IMG/VR virus record: IMGVR_UViG_3300032298_000424
Span: 5,202 to 69,201 of that record
Strand: one strand, 5' to 3'
Length of the DNA stretch: 64,000 nucleotides
Source of the DNA: a virus
Part shown: in pieces, positions 1 through 9,743 of the stretch
How the letters are laid out: every line of letters begins with the position of its first letter
How positions within the stretch are numbered: position 1 is the first letter of the stretch
The notes under the pieces: model-generated
The model's database searches: none
What the model saw: only the letters and a program-made list of their open reading frames with translations
Told to the model about the DNA's origin: nothing
Program-made: the position numbers and the translations under genes

Positions 1-65
1 GTTTTCTTACTTAATGGCAAATCCACTTCATACGACGGCGTGTTTAAAATAATAGGTAAAGACAT
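1..65 (-). CDS. gp26: Baseplate hub assembly protein gp26-like, N-terminal fragment (runs off window start)
   Basis: Minus-strand ATG at 65 reads MSLPIILNTPSYEVDLPLSKKT, resembling the MxLPxxxTPxYxxxLP start of T4-like gp26; GGAG-type RBS upstream; not in ORF track. Confidence 0.7.
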   Translation of the reverse strand, partial: MSLPIILNTPSYEVDLPLSKK

Positions 66-86
66 AATATACTCCTAATAATATTA

Positions 87-728
87 TTATATTCCAAATG
101 TTCGGCCGACAGAGCCAAGTAGTACTTTCCCTTTCGAAAGAACTGATTCTACAAATCCCTCTTCATTCCAATCTTCATACGATAGTGTGATTGTTAGCTT
201 TTGGGTTTGATTTTCACCGCTGTTTGTCAATTCATACGATGTGATACTTGTTGGGAACGCGTTTCTTAGCGTTACCGTGTAAACTGGGACGTCTCTTTGA
301 TCTAATTGCTGAATAATTACGTCAGTCGTGAACTGAGAACGATATTTCATAGTCATTTTTTTACGATCGAACATCCTATTGAACCAATTTTCGAAAAATT
401 TCTTCATAAAATGATCATTTGTGATGTGAAAGCTCATCGTAACGTCATCATTGATGTAAGTATAAGGCGTTTTTATCGATAATAAGTTGGTTTGGACTTC
501 AGAAGTCGAAATTTGACGTCCTGGGAGTGTAACCGAGTCACAAAGTATCGAAACATCGCGCGGATCGTTGATAAAAGGACTAGAAGTGCCTTGTCCAAAC
601 GCTCGCGCGATCAAATTTTGTGGATCGAAGCTAATTAGTGGTAAAGCCATGTAAACGGCGAATCGGTTTTGCGGTGCAAGACCTCCTCGCTTAGATATGA
701 CTGATTTAAACTTATCTATTTGTGGCAT
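87..728 (-). CDS. gp54: Baseplate tail-tube initiator, gp54-like (gp19 tail-tube fold)
   Basis: GGLAxxNRF, CDSVTLPGR, FFENW, AFPTSI..L motifs of tail-tube-fold proteins; position between gp2 and gp26. Confidence 0.7.
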   Translation of the reverse strand: MPQIDKFKSVISKRGGLAPQNRFAVYMALPLISFDPQNLIARAFGQGTSSPFINDPRDVSILCDSVTLPGRQISTSEVQTNLLSIKTPYTYINDDVTMSFHITNDHFMKKFFENWFNRMFDRKKMTMKYRSQFTTDVIIQQLDQRDVPVYTVTLRNAFPTSITSYELTNSGENQTQKLTITLSYEDWNEEGFVESVLSKGKVLLGSVGRTFGI

Positions 729-729
729 T

Positions 730-1344
730 TTATGCTCTGTATCCTGTTATCATACGTTTAGACTCTCTCCAAACGTTTCTTTTGTTTGTACCAATGAATT
801 TTTCAGTTGGTAAGTAGATTGATATCTCCCATTCAGATGATGGGACCATCATGATCCTCGATTCTATCTGACTAAAAAGATAATGTTTAAAACATGGCTC
901 AAAAGGTCTAAGTCTACCTATTGATGTAAGTAGATTATAGTTTACCCTCATCTTTGTCGTTTCATCAAACTTATCATTATTCACTGTGTCTAATAATCTA
1001 TCTAAAAAACGCGCTCTGAGAGGAGGAGCCAGATAATGTAAGTTAAGACCATAAAATCCACCTTGTGCTGGTCCTACTGCTATCATTAATGGGAAACGAT
1101 CCCAATATGGTAATGTATCAGCACCTTTTGCATCATACAAAAAATGATACATGAATCCTGGTCTAAAAGATGTCTTTTTATAAAAATGCGGATCCTTAAG
1201 GAACTGCATCGCATTGATATTTTTACCAGCTAAAGACTTTACTTTTTGTGTGAACCATTTCTTAGATTGTTCTGTTCGTTCTGGATATTGTAATCCCTGA
1301 CGTAACTTGTCATATAAACTCGTTGGTGTTTTTTTAGTAGCCAT
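730..1344 (-). CDS. gp2: DNA end protector protein
   Basis: PGFMYHFLYDAK, LPYWDRFPL, GLNLHYL, CFKHYL, LPTEKF motifs typical of T4 gp2. Confidence 0.92.
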   Translation of the reverse strand: MATKKTPTSLYDKLRQGLQYPERTEQSKKWFTQKVKSLAGKNINAMQFLKDPHFYKKTSFRPGFMYHFLYDAKGADTLPYWDRFPLMIAVGPAQGGFYGLNLHYLAPPLRARFLDRLLDTVNNDKFDETTKMRVNYNLLTSIGRLRPFEPCFKHYLFSQIESRIMMVPSSEWEISIYLPTEKFIGTNKRNVWRESKRMITGYRA

Positions 1345-1349
1345 ACTTC

Positions 1350-1357
1350 TATTTATG
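1350..1357 (-). promoter_or_regulatory. Late-promoter-like CATAAATA(GA) upstream of gp2
   Basis: One mismatch to the T4 late consensus TATAAATA, a few bases before the gp2 ATG. Confidence 0.45.
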
Positions 1358-1796
1358 TCAGTAATTTGATGCCCATAGCTTTAATCGTATCTTCTGTCCA
1401 AATAACAAACTGCCAACTCCTATCTTTTGCATAGTTATCAGCAGCTTTCCATTTACATTGGTTTTTGACGAAAGTGCGTGCCTCTTCCAAGTATTTTTTA
1501 GTCTGTCTACTTGGTTTTTTGGGAGGCACAGTTTGTGATTTTGGTTTAATCTCTACTAAAAACGTTCCTTGAGCAGTAGTATATTTTACGTCTATAAAAT
1601 AACGATGCCATTTTTTATCTAATGGATAAAAATATTGTACAACTGTCTCCTCTGAAGACCATTTTAGTACTTGTGAATTTTCATCACACCATCTAAATAC
1701 TTGTCTTTCCCAAAGAGACCTATAAACTATGTTTTTGAAGTCGCCTTCATATTTTGCTGGATTCTTACATCTGTAAAAACCTTTGTATGTAGCCAT
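1353..1796 (-). CDS. gp4: Head completion nuclease (TnsA-like PD-(D/E)xK)
   Basis: YKG..NPxKY, YRSLWER, WSSEE, HRYFID, VEIKP, NxxKWKAA, WTE motifs; likely start MATYKG at 1796 rather than the track's 1847. Confidence 0.92.
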   Translation of the reverse strand: MATYKGFYRCKNPAKYEGDFKNIVYRSLWERQVFRWCDENSQVLKWSSEETVVQYFYPLDKKWHRYFIDVKYTTAQGTFLVEIKPKSQTVPPKKPSRQTKKYLEEARTFVKNQCKWKAADNYAKDRSWQFVIWTEDTIKAMGIKLLT

Positions 1797-1803
1797 ATAA
1801 ATA
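1796..1803 (+). promoter_or_regulatory. T4-type late promoter TATAAATA upstream of gp48
   Basis: Exact TATAAATA about 40 bp before the gp48 ATG. Confidence 0.8.
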
Positions 1804-1840
1804 AGAGTGTCCGTATGTAAAAGAATCATAAAGGTACAAC

Positions 1841-2743
1841 ATGCCAATCGACAATATACCCGCTGCGTTTGATAATGTTCAAGAGTTCGTTAAGAACACT
1901 TTAGCATCCTTAAACTTTTTAAACCCGTTCGGGGCAAATGCTCCTCAGTTACGTTATCCCAAGGGGGATGTACAAAAACATCAGAACGTTATAAAGTTCG
2001 AGGCCATTGCACGTGTCAAGAAAAGTAGCGTATTAGATTTTAAAGTAGCTAAGTTTGCTGAGAGTGCACTCGGTTCAGTAACTTTATATATGCCTTCAGG
2101 AATAAGCGTTGCAGATACATTGAGTTATGATAATGCAGATACTGGTTTAGGCGGTGAGATAATGAAAGCCGGTGGTTCTGCAGCATCTCCTGGTGAATTC
2201 ATCGATACATTAAAAGATCAATCTAAAGGCGTAGCTCAAACTGCTGTAGCAGCTGGTACTGCAAAAGTGGCACAAAGCAAAGGTTTGGTTGGTGGTGCAG
2301 CGACTCAAGGTATAATCAATAGAGGTGAAGTTGTAAATCCTCACACACAGATGTTATTTAAATCTCCTTCGCTTCGTCAATTTCAATTTCAGTTTAAGAT
2401 GTTTCCAAAAACTAAAGCTGAAGCTCAAGAAATAATTAAGATAGTTCAATTCTTCCGCGTAGCTGCATATCCAGCTCTTGGAAACGGTAGTGGAACTGAT
2501 TCAATTAACATGTCTACATTTAAATTTCCAGATGTATTCAAAGTTACGTTCTTAACTGGAAGTAAACAAAATAAAAATATTATTAGGATGATGGATTCTT
2601 ATTTAACGTCAGTGACTGTTAACTATAATCCAACTAGTCCAACTTTCTTCGAAGATGGTATGCCATCTGAAATAGATTTGTCTTTGACTTTCCAAGAAAG
2701 CAAAGCACTCAACAGAGACCTCATCCTTTCAGGAGGTTACTAA
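1841..2743 (+). CDS. gp48: Baseplate tail-tube cap
   Basis: LRYP, VTLYMP, NPHTQMLFKSPSLRQFQFQF, FPDVF, VNYNP, DGMPSEIDLSLTFQE motifs. Confidence 0.88.
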   Translation: MPIDNIPAAFDNVQEFVKNTLASLNFLNPFGANAPQLRYPKGDVQKHQNVIKFEAIARVKKSSVLDFKVAKFAESALGSVTLYMPSGISVADTLSYDNADTGLGGEIMKAGGSAASPGEFIDTLKDQSKGVAQTAVAAGTAKVAQSKGLVGGAATQGIINRGEVVNPHTQMLFKSPSLRQFQFQFKMFPKTKAEAQEIIKIVQFFRVAAYPALGNGSGTDSINMSTFKFPDVFKVTFLTGSKQNKNIIRMMDSYLTSVTVNYNPTSPTFFEDGMPSEIDLSLTFQESKALNRDLILSGGY

Positions 2744-2744
2744 T

Positions 2745-3473
2745 ATGTCATATTTCTTCCAAGGTTTTCCAACAATGCAATATGATGTATTTGCAAATGG
2801 AAGACCCGTTGAAACCACAGATTTATTTAGATCCGTTAGACTTAAAAACAATTTACGTGATGATATAATGCTTTATGAAGCATATCATATTAATGATGGA
2901 GAAAGACCAGATCATGTATCATTAAAGTTATATGGTACTACTGATTATTATTGGACTTTTTTCATGATTAACACAGATTTAGTAAATTCATATGCTGATT
3001 GGCCATGTTCTACTACTGAAATGGAAAATAAGATTAAAATTAAATATCAAGGTAATGTATTGTTGACTGACGAAGATATCTCTACTAAGTTTGTTCGTGG
3101 AGAAACATTACGAGGATCTATCTCTCTAGCGACTGCTAGTATCATACAAAAAGATACAGATAAGGGTGTGATTCGCTTATCAACGACTGATCAAGTTGGC
3201 ACCTTCGTAGATGGAGAACTTGTAAGAGGTTTAACGTCAAACGATCAGATAATTATCAATAGTCAAAGGCCATACACTGTTGCTGCAAATCACTTTGAAG
3301 ATTCACAAAGAAATTGGGTAAGAAAGGATTATCCTGGAGCAGTGCCTATGCCAAATGACGAACATGAAAGAGAATGGAATGAATATAAGACAGACATTCG
3401 AGTTATCAGACCTGAATACATTACTCAAGTAGTAGACGAATTTTATAAAATAATTAATCCAGACTCACAATAA
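2745..3473 (+). CDS. gp53: Baseplate wedge subunit (LysM-like)
   Basis: YFFQGFP, DGERPDHVSLKLYG, YYWTFFMIN, DWP, IRVIRPEY motifs. Confidence 0.9.
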   Translation: MSYFFQGFPTMQYDVFANGRPVETTDLFRSVRLKNNLRDDIMLYEAYHINDGERPDHVSLKLYGTTDYYWTFFMINTDLVNSYADWPCSTTEMENKIKIKYQGNVLLTDEDISTKFVRGETLRGSISLATASIIQKDTDKGVIRLSTTDQVGTFVDGELVRGLTSNDQIIINSQRPYTVAANHFEDSQRNWVRKDYPGAVPMPNDEHEREWNEYKTDIRVIRPEYITQVVDEFYKIINPDSQ

Positions 3474-4738
3474 TGTCATTAGGTAAATTTGACTATTCAG
3501 TTGAATCAGTTCAACTAACATCTTCTACTGGGCAAAAGCTCGAGATAAAAGATTTGGTGATATCGATTGATATCTATGAATCACTATTATCTCCGTACAT
3601 TAAAGTAGAGTTAGGTATCACAGACGCTTCTAACTTACTTGAAACTGTTCCGATATTAGGTCAAGAAAAAGTAGATTTAGTTTTATTAGAAGGTAAGGCC
3701 AAGATTAAGAAAACGTTTTATGTTGGTTCTGTAGCAAACTATATTCGTGCTAATAATCAAGCTTCGATGTACACATTGAAACTTATTACACCAGAACAGT
3801 TGATGAATAGTTTGAGACTTGTATCTCATGCATACACGGGTAAAATATCTGACGCTGTACAAGGTGTTATGAAAGATTATTTAAATAAGAATGTTGATGT
3901 TACAGAAGATACCGTTGGCAATTACAAACTAGTTATTCCAAATTGGAATCCATATCAAGCTATAGATTGGTTAACGCGCAAAGCAATGGATAAAAATCAA
4001 ACGCCATTTGCTTTCTATGAAACATTTACTGGTGGTCATCGTTTGCAGTCTTACACAACTCTATTCAATCAAAAGACATATAATAAGTTTGTACATAAGG
4101 GCGGTACATCAGCTAGCACTGATGCAGGGCAATTGGCTGCGTCTTATAATGTAGCTATTGAATATGATATTAGAGATTATTCAAACACATATAAGAATAC
4201 ACTGCGCGGAGCATTTGGTTCTGCTATGCATACTGTGGATATTAGCACAAGATCTTATAAACTTTTAAAATATGATTATCTAAAAGATTTTGATAAGAAA
4301 GCACACTTAGACAAAGTGCCGTTTATCAATAAAGAATTTAAAGTGCAAAATAAACCTCTTAATGAATATGATTCAGTGCATTATGTAACTAATAAAAACT
4401 CTAAAGCTTGGGGTATAGCTTCATATAATAATTATAACAACGAAGCGGAATTTACAAAGTTAGAGGCTGATGCATATGTTTATCAACTTGGATTAACTAC
4501 TCTCAATATGGTAATTCGTGGAAGAACAGATTTATATCCTGGCAAGATTATCGAATTCGAAGTAGATCGCGATAGACCATCAATATATGGTGTTGCTAAG
4601 GATAGCAATGAATATATTTCTGGAAGATATTTGGTAATGCATACACATCATAAAATGGTTGATGGTAAATACACAATCATTATGGATGTAGTAAGAGATT
4701 CTCTTGGCAAAAAAGTTAAACAACGTGGTGGTAAATAA
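3473..4738 (+). CDS. gp27: Baseplate hub protein, gp27-like
   Basis: IDIYESLLSP, PILGQE, IPNWNPYQAIDWL, FYET, SGRYLV..HH motifs; lies between gp53 and gp5. Confidence 0.7.
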   Translation: MSLGKFDYSVESVQLTSSTGQKLEIKDLVISIDIYESLLSPYIKVELGITDASNLLETVPILGQEKVDLVLLEGKAKIKKTFYVGSVANYIRANNQASMYTLKLITPEQLMNSLRLVSHAYTGKISDAVQGVMKDYLNKNVDVTEDTVGNYKLVIPNWNPYQAIDWLTRKAMDKNQTPFAFYETFTGGHRLQSYTTLFNQKTYNKFVHKGGTSASTDAGQLAASYNVAIEYDIRDYSNTYKNTLRGAFGSAMHTVDISTRSYKLLKYDYLKDFDKKAHLDKVPFINKEFKVQNKPLNEYDSVHYVTNKNSKAWGIASYNNYNNEAEFTKLEADAYVYQLGLTTLNMVIRGRTDLYPGKIIEFEVDRDRPSIYGVAKDSNEYISGRYLVMHTHHKMVDGKYTIIMDVVRDSLGKKVKQRGGK

Positions 4739-4741
4739 ATT

Positions 4742-5983
4742 ATGAAAAATTACATGAACTGGTTTACTGGTGTGGTCGAAGATCGTGATGATCCACAAGA
4801 ATTGGGTCGTGTGCGTGTAAGAATATTTGGTTTACATACAGACGACTTATCAAAGATTAGGACGAGTGATTTACCGTGGGCTCATACGATGATGCCTACG
4901 ACGTCTGCATCTATTTCTGGATTGGGATTTTCCCCAACTGGTTTAGTAGAGGGTTCGTGGGTCGTTGGTTTCTTTGCAGACGGTGAAAACTGTCAAGATC
5001 CTATCATCCTCGGTTCTATACATGGATATCCAACTCAAAATGTAAACGAACGCAATGCTTTTAAAGACTTTAACGGCAATTATCCTCGTTGGTATAATGA
5101 AACTGATGTAAGCAAGGTTGCGAGAAATGAATGGAAAGATCATGTATCCTATTATTCTCGCTATGCTGAGCAGGTTAAAGGGATTGAGAAAGCTACTAAA
5201 CCTTATATCCCAACGGTTGTAAGTGACTCCCCAGAAGAGTCCAGGGGCTCATGGGAAGAGCCAGAACCACGTCGTGGAGTTAGAGGAACATATCCATTCG
5301 TTCATACCTTTGAGAGTGAAACAGGCATCGTCCGTGAGATCGATGATTCTGAAAATAACTCGCGAATTGTTGAGCATCATCCTGCAGGTACATTCTACGA
5401 GATATTTCCAGATGGTGATAAAGTAACTAAAGTTTCTGGTGAAAATTATACGATAGTTGTTTATGATGACAATATCTTAATTCGTGGAACACAAAATATC
5501 ACGATCGAAGGTGATTCGCGAGTATTGGTAAAAGGTGATTATGTAATGGAAGTTATGGGTGACTATAACTTAAAAGTACACGGTAATCGTTATACTAAGA
5601 TATCACAAAATGACGCAATTGAAACTGTTGGTAACTTTAACTTAAACGTAAAAGAAGATTTCTTAACTCGCGTTGGTAAAAATCAAACGTTATTAATTGA
5701 TGTAAACAAGACTGAAACAATAGGTGGAAGTTCTTCATTAATGGTAACAGGAAAAGTAGATAACGTATTCTTAGACACTATGAGTACGTTCTCAAACGGT
5801 GCACAATCAGTATCAACCAATTCAACTCAACAGTTCTTATCTAAGAATGGTTTAGAGTTTGGTTCTGAAGCAAATTGGAACCTTAAGTGTAATGCAAACA
5901 TGACTATTGAAACAGTCGGAACTTTCTCAATTGAAAGCGGAGGCAATTTTAGTGTCGACGCTCCTAGAGTGGATTTAAACTAA
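4742..5983 (+). CDS. gp5: Baseplate central spike gp5 (OB fold + beta-helix; no lysozyme domain apparent)
   Basis: WFTGVVEDRDDP..LGRVRVRIFGLH, LPWA, GSWVVGFF, YPF..ESETG, HPAGTFYEI, VxG beta-helix repeats, C-terminal VDLN. Confidence 0.9.
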   Translation: MKNYMNWFTGVVEDRDDPQELGRVRVRIFGLHTDDLSKIRTSDLPWAHTMMPTTSASISGLGFSPTGLVEGSWVVGFFADGENCQDPIILGSIHGYPTQNVNERNAFKDFNGNYPRWYNETDVSKVARNEWKDHVSYYSRYAEQVKGIEKATKPYIPTVVSDSPEESRGSWEEPEPRRGVRGTYPFVHTFESETGIVREIDDSENNSRIVEHHPAGTFYEIFPDGDKVTKVSGENYTIVVYDDNILIRGTQNITIEGDSRVLVKGDYVMEVMGDYNLKVHGNRYTKISQNDAIETVGNFNLNVKEDFLTRVGKNQTLLIDVNKTETIGGSSSLMVTGKVDNVFLDTMSTFSNGAQSVSTNSTQQFLSKNGLEFGSEANWNLKCNANMTIETVGTFSIESGGNFSVDAPRVDLN

Positions 5984-5984
5984 T

Positions 5985-7385
5985 ATGTCAAATTCTCCAT
6001 GTGGAATTAATGCAGCCTTAGATGAAGCAAAGGCTGGAATCGATTCTCTTAAAGAAAAGATTGCCGGTGGATTGGATTCTATAGGTGACTTAGATTCTAT
6101 TGCTACAACTATTAAGAATAAGTTAAAGGAAGTAAATGTTCCGAAACTTGAAAGTATTAATTTAAAAGAAGAGTTACTTAATCTTCCTAACTTAAACGCT
6201 GAGGAATATTCTGCAAAAGTTGCAGAACTAAAAGCCAAGTTTGGTACAGCAGTTCCTGACTTAGATACGGTTATTGCGAAGATCCCTAAACCGGTTGGAT
6301 TGAATGCTCAAGGCAATAAAGATATTTTTACACAACTCAATGATGCGTTGGGTAATGTTGGTGCTGCATTCCAAAATGTTCAAGAACAACTTAGTTCACT
6401 CTCTATAGAATCTTTAACTGCAAGTATATGTGATGAGAAAAAGATTGATCCTATTACTAAGAAAGAAGTTCCTGTAGTACCTAACGTTGAAGTGGTACAG
6501 AAGACTATTCCAGATCCAGTTACAAAAGAACCAGTTCCAGTTGTAATAGATCCTGTTACTACTAAAGAAGTTCCAATAACTAAAGTAACTCCTCCTCCGC
6601 CTGGAGCTCCTGCAGTAATTCCTGCACCAGTTTATGAAACTAAGCCTCAAGTAAAACCAACTCCTCCTATAGTTCCTCAAAAAAATCCAGTAGTTGAAAC
6701 TAAACCATCGACTCCTCCATCTTCTGGATTTACATTTGCATTTACTAAAGAAAAATTAGTAGCGGCTGGTGGCGCTGCAGCAGGTAATTGGTATGATTAC
6801 CTAAGAGATACTTTACCAAAATACAATATTACAACACCTGAGCGTGTAGCTGCATTTGTTGGTAATGTTGGAGTTGAAACGAGTTGGACACAAATTGAAG
6901 AAAGCGTAAAGTATAGTGCAGACTTTATATTTAAAAATTTAAACCCAGGAAATAAACGATTCGCTACGCTTGACGATGCTCGAGCTGCTGTATCAAAGGG
7001 AGCAGAATACGTTGCTAACGTCATCTATATGGTAGAACGTAAGTTATTAGATCCTCAACCTGGTGATGGTTGGAAATATCGTGGAAGAGGTTTGAAACAA
7101 CTTACATTTAAAGACAACTATCTTAGAGCATCGAAGGCATTCTTTGGGGACGATCGTCTAGTTAAAAATCCAGACTTAGTAGTTACAGATAAGAATATCG
7201 CTGTTGAGACTGGTGCTTGGTATTTTAAGACTAAAAATATTTCTGATTATGCCGATAAGAAGGCTTGGGGAGAATGTGGAGCCATAGTTAATGCAGGCAA
7301 ACCTAATGCTGATCCCGCAAAAGTAGTAGACTACCAAAAGAGAATAAATGCTCAAGAAAAAGCATATAAAGCATTCACGGCATAA
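5985..7385 (+). CDS. Coiled-coil + Pro-rich linker + glycoside hydrolase family 19 (lysozyme/chitinase-like) protein
   Basis: C-terminal ITTPERVAAF..ET..EE, ANVIY, GDGWKYRGRGLKQLT.KDNY, NPDLV, AWYF motifs of phage GH19. Confidence 0.85.
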   Translation: MSNSPCGINAALDEAKAGIDSLKEKIAGGLDSIGDLDSIATTIKNKLKEVNVPKLESINLKEELLNLPNLNAEEYSAKVAELKAKFGTAVPDLDTVIAKIPKPVGLNAQGNKDIFTQLNDALGNVGAAFQNVQEQLSSLSIESLTASICDEKKIDPITKKEVPVVPNVEVVQKTIPDPVTKEPVPVVIDPVTTKEVPITKVTPPPPGAPAVIPAPVYETKPQVKPTPPIVPQKNPVVETKPSTPPSSGFTFAFTKEKLVAAGGAAAGNWYDYLRDTLPKYNITTPERVAAFVGNVGVETSWTQIEESVKYSADFIFKNLNPGNKRFATLDDARAAVSKGAEYVANVIYMVERKLLDPQPGDGWKYRGRGLKQLTFKDNYLRASKAFFGDDRLVKNPDLVVTDKNIAVETGAWYFKTKNISDYADKKAWGECGAIVNAGKPNADPAKVVDYQKRINAQEKAYKAFTA

Positions 7386-7391
7386 TAAATA
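7384..7391 (+). promoter_or_regulatory. Late-promoter-like AATAAATA(GA) upstream of gp25
   Basis: One mismatch to consensus, just before the gp25 ATG. Confidence 0.45.
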
Positions 7392-7396
7392 GAACC

Positions 7397-7864
7397 ATGC
7401 GCTCACAAAACTTATCAGACAAAGTATTAGGCAATCGTCCAAGCAGTTCTCAGACTATGCGAGAACTAACGTACGGCGGTAGAGAATCTACGTATGCAGA
7501 CTTAGACCTATTGTTTAGACCCAACCCAGTGACAGGAGATTTAAATCCAATTCGCGACGTTGATGCAGTTAAAAAGTCTGTGCAAAATTTAGTATTAACT
7601 AATTTCCAAGAAAGACCATTTCAACCTGAAATCGGATCTGGAGTTAGAGGTTTATTATTTGAACCAGCAGATGATATTACGATTCATGGTATAGAAGAAG
7701 CTGTCCGCAGAGTCCTTGCTAACTTTGAGCCAAGAGCACGTATACTTGAAGTTGATTCTGTCTTTGACGAAGGATTGAACGCGTATAGGCTCACACTAGA
7801 ATTTCAAGTAATCACTACTGGTCAAGTAGCAACAACAACTATTGTATTAGAGAGAACAAGATAA
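7397..7864 (+). CDS. gp25: Baseplate wedge subunit
   Basis: YADLDL.F..NPVTGD, AVKKSVQNLVLT..ERPFQPEIGS, LLFEP, FEPR motifs. Confidence 0.92.
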   Translation: MRSQNLSDKVLGNRPSSSQTMRELTYGGRESTYADLDLLFRPNPVTGDLNPIRDVDAVKKSVQNLVLTNFQERPFQPEIGSGVRGLLFEPADDITIHGIEEAVRRVLANFEPRARILEVDSVFDEGLNAYRLTLEFQVITTGQVATTTIVLERTR

Positions 7865-7865
7865 T

Positions 7866-9740
7866 ATGCCGATCAATGTAACCGAACTAGATTTCTTTCA
7901 AATAAAAGAAAATTTAAAGGATCATTTAAAAGGTCTTCAAGCTGGCGGTAAATTTACTGACTACGACTTCGAAGGATCTGGCATGGCTGTGCTCATAGAT
8001 CTTTTAGCATATAATACACACTACAATGCATTGAATGCAAACATGGCGGTGAATGAGGTATTCTTAGACTCTGCAGATCGTAGACAGAATATTGTATCTC
8101 ATGCTAAGTTATTAGGTTATATCCCACGTTCTAAAACTTCTGCATTTGCAACTATTAATATTGTTGTGAATAATCCAACTGGTGCTCCTTCTAGGTTAAC
8201 TCTTGATAGAGGTACAGAATTCACGACGACCATCAATGATAAGCAATACATCTTTACAGTGCTTGAAACTCAAACGATTTCTCCTATTGCAGGAGTGTAT
8301 ACATTTGAAAATGTTAAGATAAATCAAGGCGTTTTAAAATCTACGTTCTATGTAGTAGATTCATTCGATGAATATCAATATTATGAAATTTTAGATTTAT
8401 ATTGTGATAGAGAAACTATCACTGTTAAAGTAAAAGAAAACCTTTCTGCGACTTTATCTGATGTATACACATTGGCAAAAGATTTTACAAAAGTTAATGC
8501 AGAATCAAAAGCATATTACATACAAGAAGCCGTATCAGAAAGATTTGAAATTTATTTTGGCGATGGTATAACATCTAAAAAATTGGATGCTGGTAATGTG
8601 GTGGAAATTGAATGGTTATCTACTGCTGCAGAAGAAGCTAATGGAGCAACGATATTTACGCTAAACGGAAATATTGAAGGTAATACAAATGTTACTATAT
8701 CAACAGTATCAAAATCTGATTCTGGTTCTGATCGCGAATCAAACGACTCTATTAAATTTAATGCACCATTGACGTATATTGCGCAAAATAGAGTAGTTAC
8801 ACCAGATGACTACCGTGCTGCTATCTTAGAAAACTATTCTAATATTGAATCTATTGCAGTATGGGGTGGAGAACAAAACGATCCTCCTCAATACGGTAAA
8901 GCTTATATCTCTATTAAACCAAAAGATGGTGAAACGTTAGATGAAGTTGAAAAACAAAAGATCAAAGATCAGGTCTTAAAGCCACGCAATATTGTTTCTA
9001 TCAGTCCAGAGATTATCGATCCAGAATACACATACCTTAAGTTAGAAGTATTTTATAAGTATAATCCTGCACTTACATCTAGAACTGCTGGAGAATTAAA
9101 ACAACTTGTAACAGAAACTATTGCAAATTATAATTCTGCGGACTTACAACAATTTGATGGTGTGTTTAGAAATTCTAAATTAACAAGATTAATTGACGCG
9201 TGTGATCCATCTATTTTAAATAGTACAGTCAGAGTGTTTATGGTAAAACGCTTGGTCCCAATATTAAATACACCAAGACTTTATACCATACAATTCTCTT
9301 CTCCATTATACTCTACGCGTTCAAACGATAAAGTTATTACTTCGACATCATTCACGTATGGTGGAATAACATCTTACATACAAGATAGAGCTCAAACATT
9401 GGGTAGCGCTGAACCTCATTCTGATAAAGGCGGAACACATACATTAGAAATATATAAACTATTAAATAATAATAAAATTACTACAATATCAGATATAGGT
9501 TATATCATTGCAGATCAAGGATTAGTAGTATTAGAAAAATTTACTCCATCTGCTATAAGCGGTGATTATATTACTATTACTGGAATTCCAAATTCTAATG
9601 ATATTGCTCCTAAAAGAAATCAATTAATAAAGATTAATATGGATGATGTTACAGTAACTGGCGAAGTTGATACTATTGCTACGGGTGGTACACCTGCAGG
9701 TGTAAGTTACACAACAACTCCTCGTCATAAAGAAGATTAA
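7866..9740 (+). CDS. gp6: Baseplate wedge subunit
   Basis: LDF..IK, FTDYDFEGS, LLAYNTHY, NEVFLDSA, FGDG, QNRVVT..DY, WGGEQNDPP.YGK motifs. Confidence 0.95.
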   Translation: MPINVTELDFFQIKENLKDHLKGLQAGGKFTDYDFEGSGMAVLIDLLAYNTHYNALNANMAVNEVFLDSADRRQNIVSHAKLLGYIPRSKTSAFATINIVVNNPTGAPSRLTLDRGTEFTTTINDKQYIFTVLETQTISPIAGVYTFENVKINQGVLKSTFYVVDSFDEYQYYEILDLYCDRETITVKVKENLSATLSDVYTLAKDFTKVNAESKAYYIQEAVSERFEIYFGDGITSKKLDAGNVVEIEWLSTAAEEANGATIFTLNGNIEGNTNVTISTVSKSDSGSDRESNDSIKFNAPLTYIAQNRVVTPDDYRAAILENYSNIESIAVWGGEQNDPPQYGKAYISIKPKDGETLDEVEKQKIKDQVLKPRNIVSISPEIIDPEYTYLKLEVFYKYNPALTSRTAGELKQLVTETIANYNSADLQQFDGVFRNSKLTRLIDACDPSILNSTVRVFMVKRLVPILNTPRLYTIQFSSPLYSTRSNDKVITSTSFTYGGITSYIQDRAQTLGSAEPHSDKGGTHTLEIYKLLNNNKITTISDIGYIIADQGLVVLEKFTPSAISGDYITITGIPNSNDIAPKRNQLIKINMDDVTVTGEVDTIATGGTPAGVSYTTTPRHKED

Positions 9741-9743
9741 AAA

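Noticed and set aside
1353-1796. TnsA transposase or homing endonuclease (mobile element)
   Set aside because: Motifs and position next to gp2 identify it as the conserved T4 gp4 head-completion nuclease
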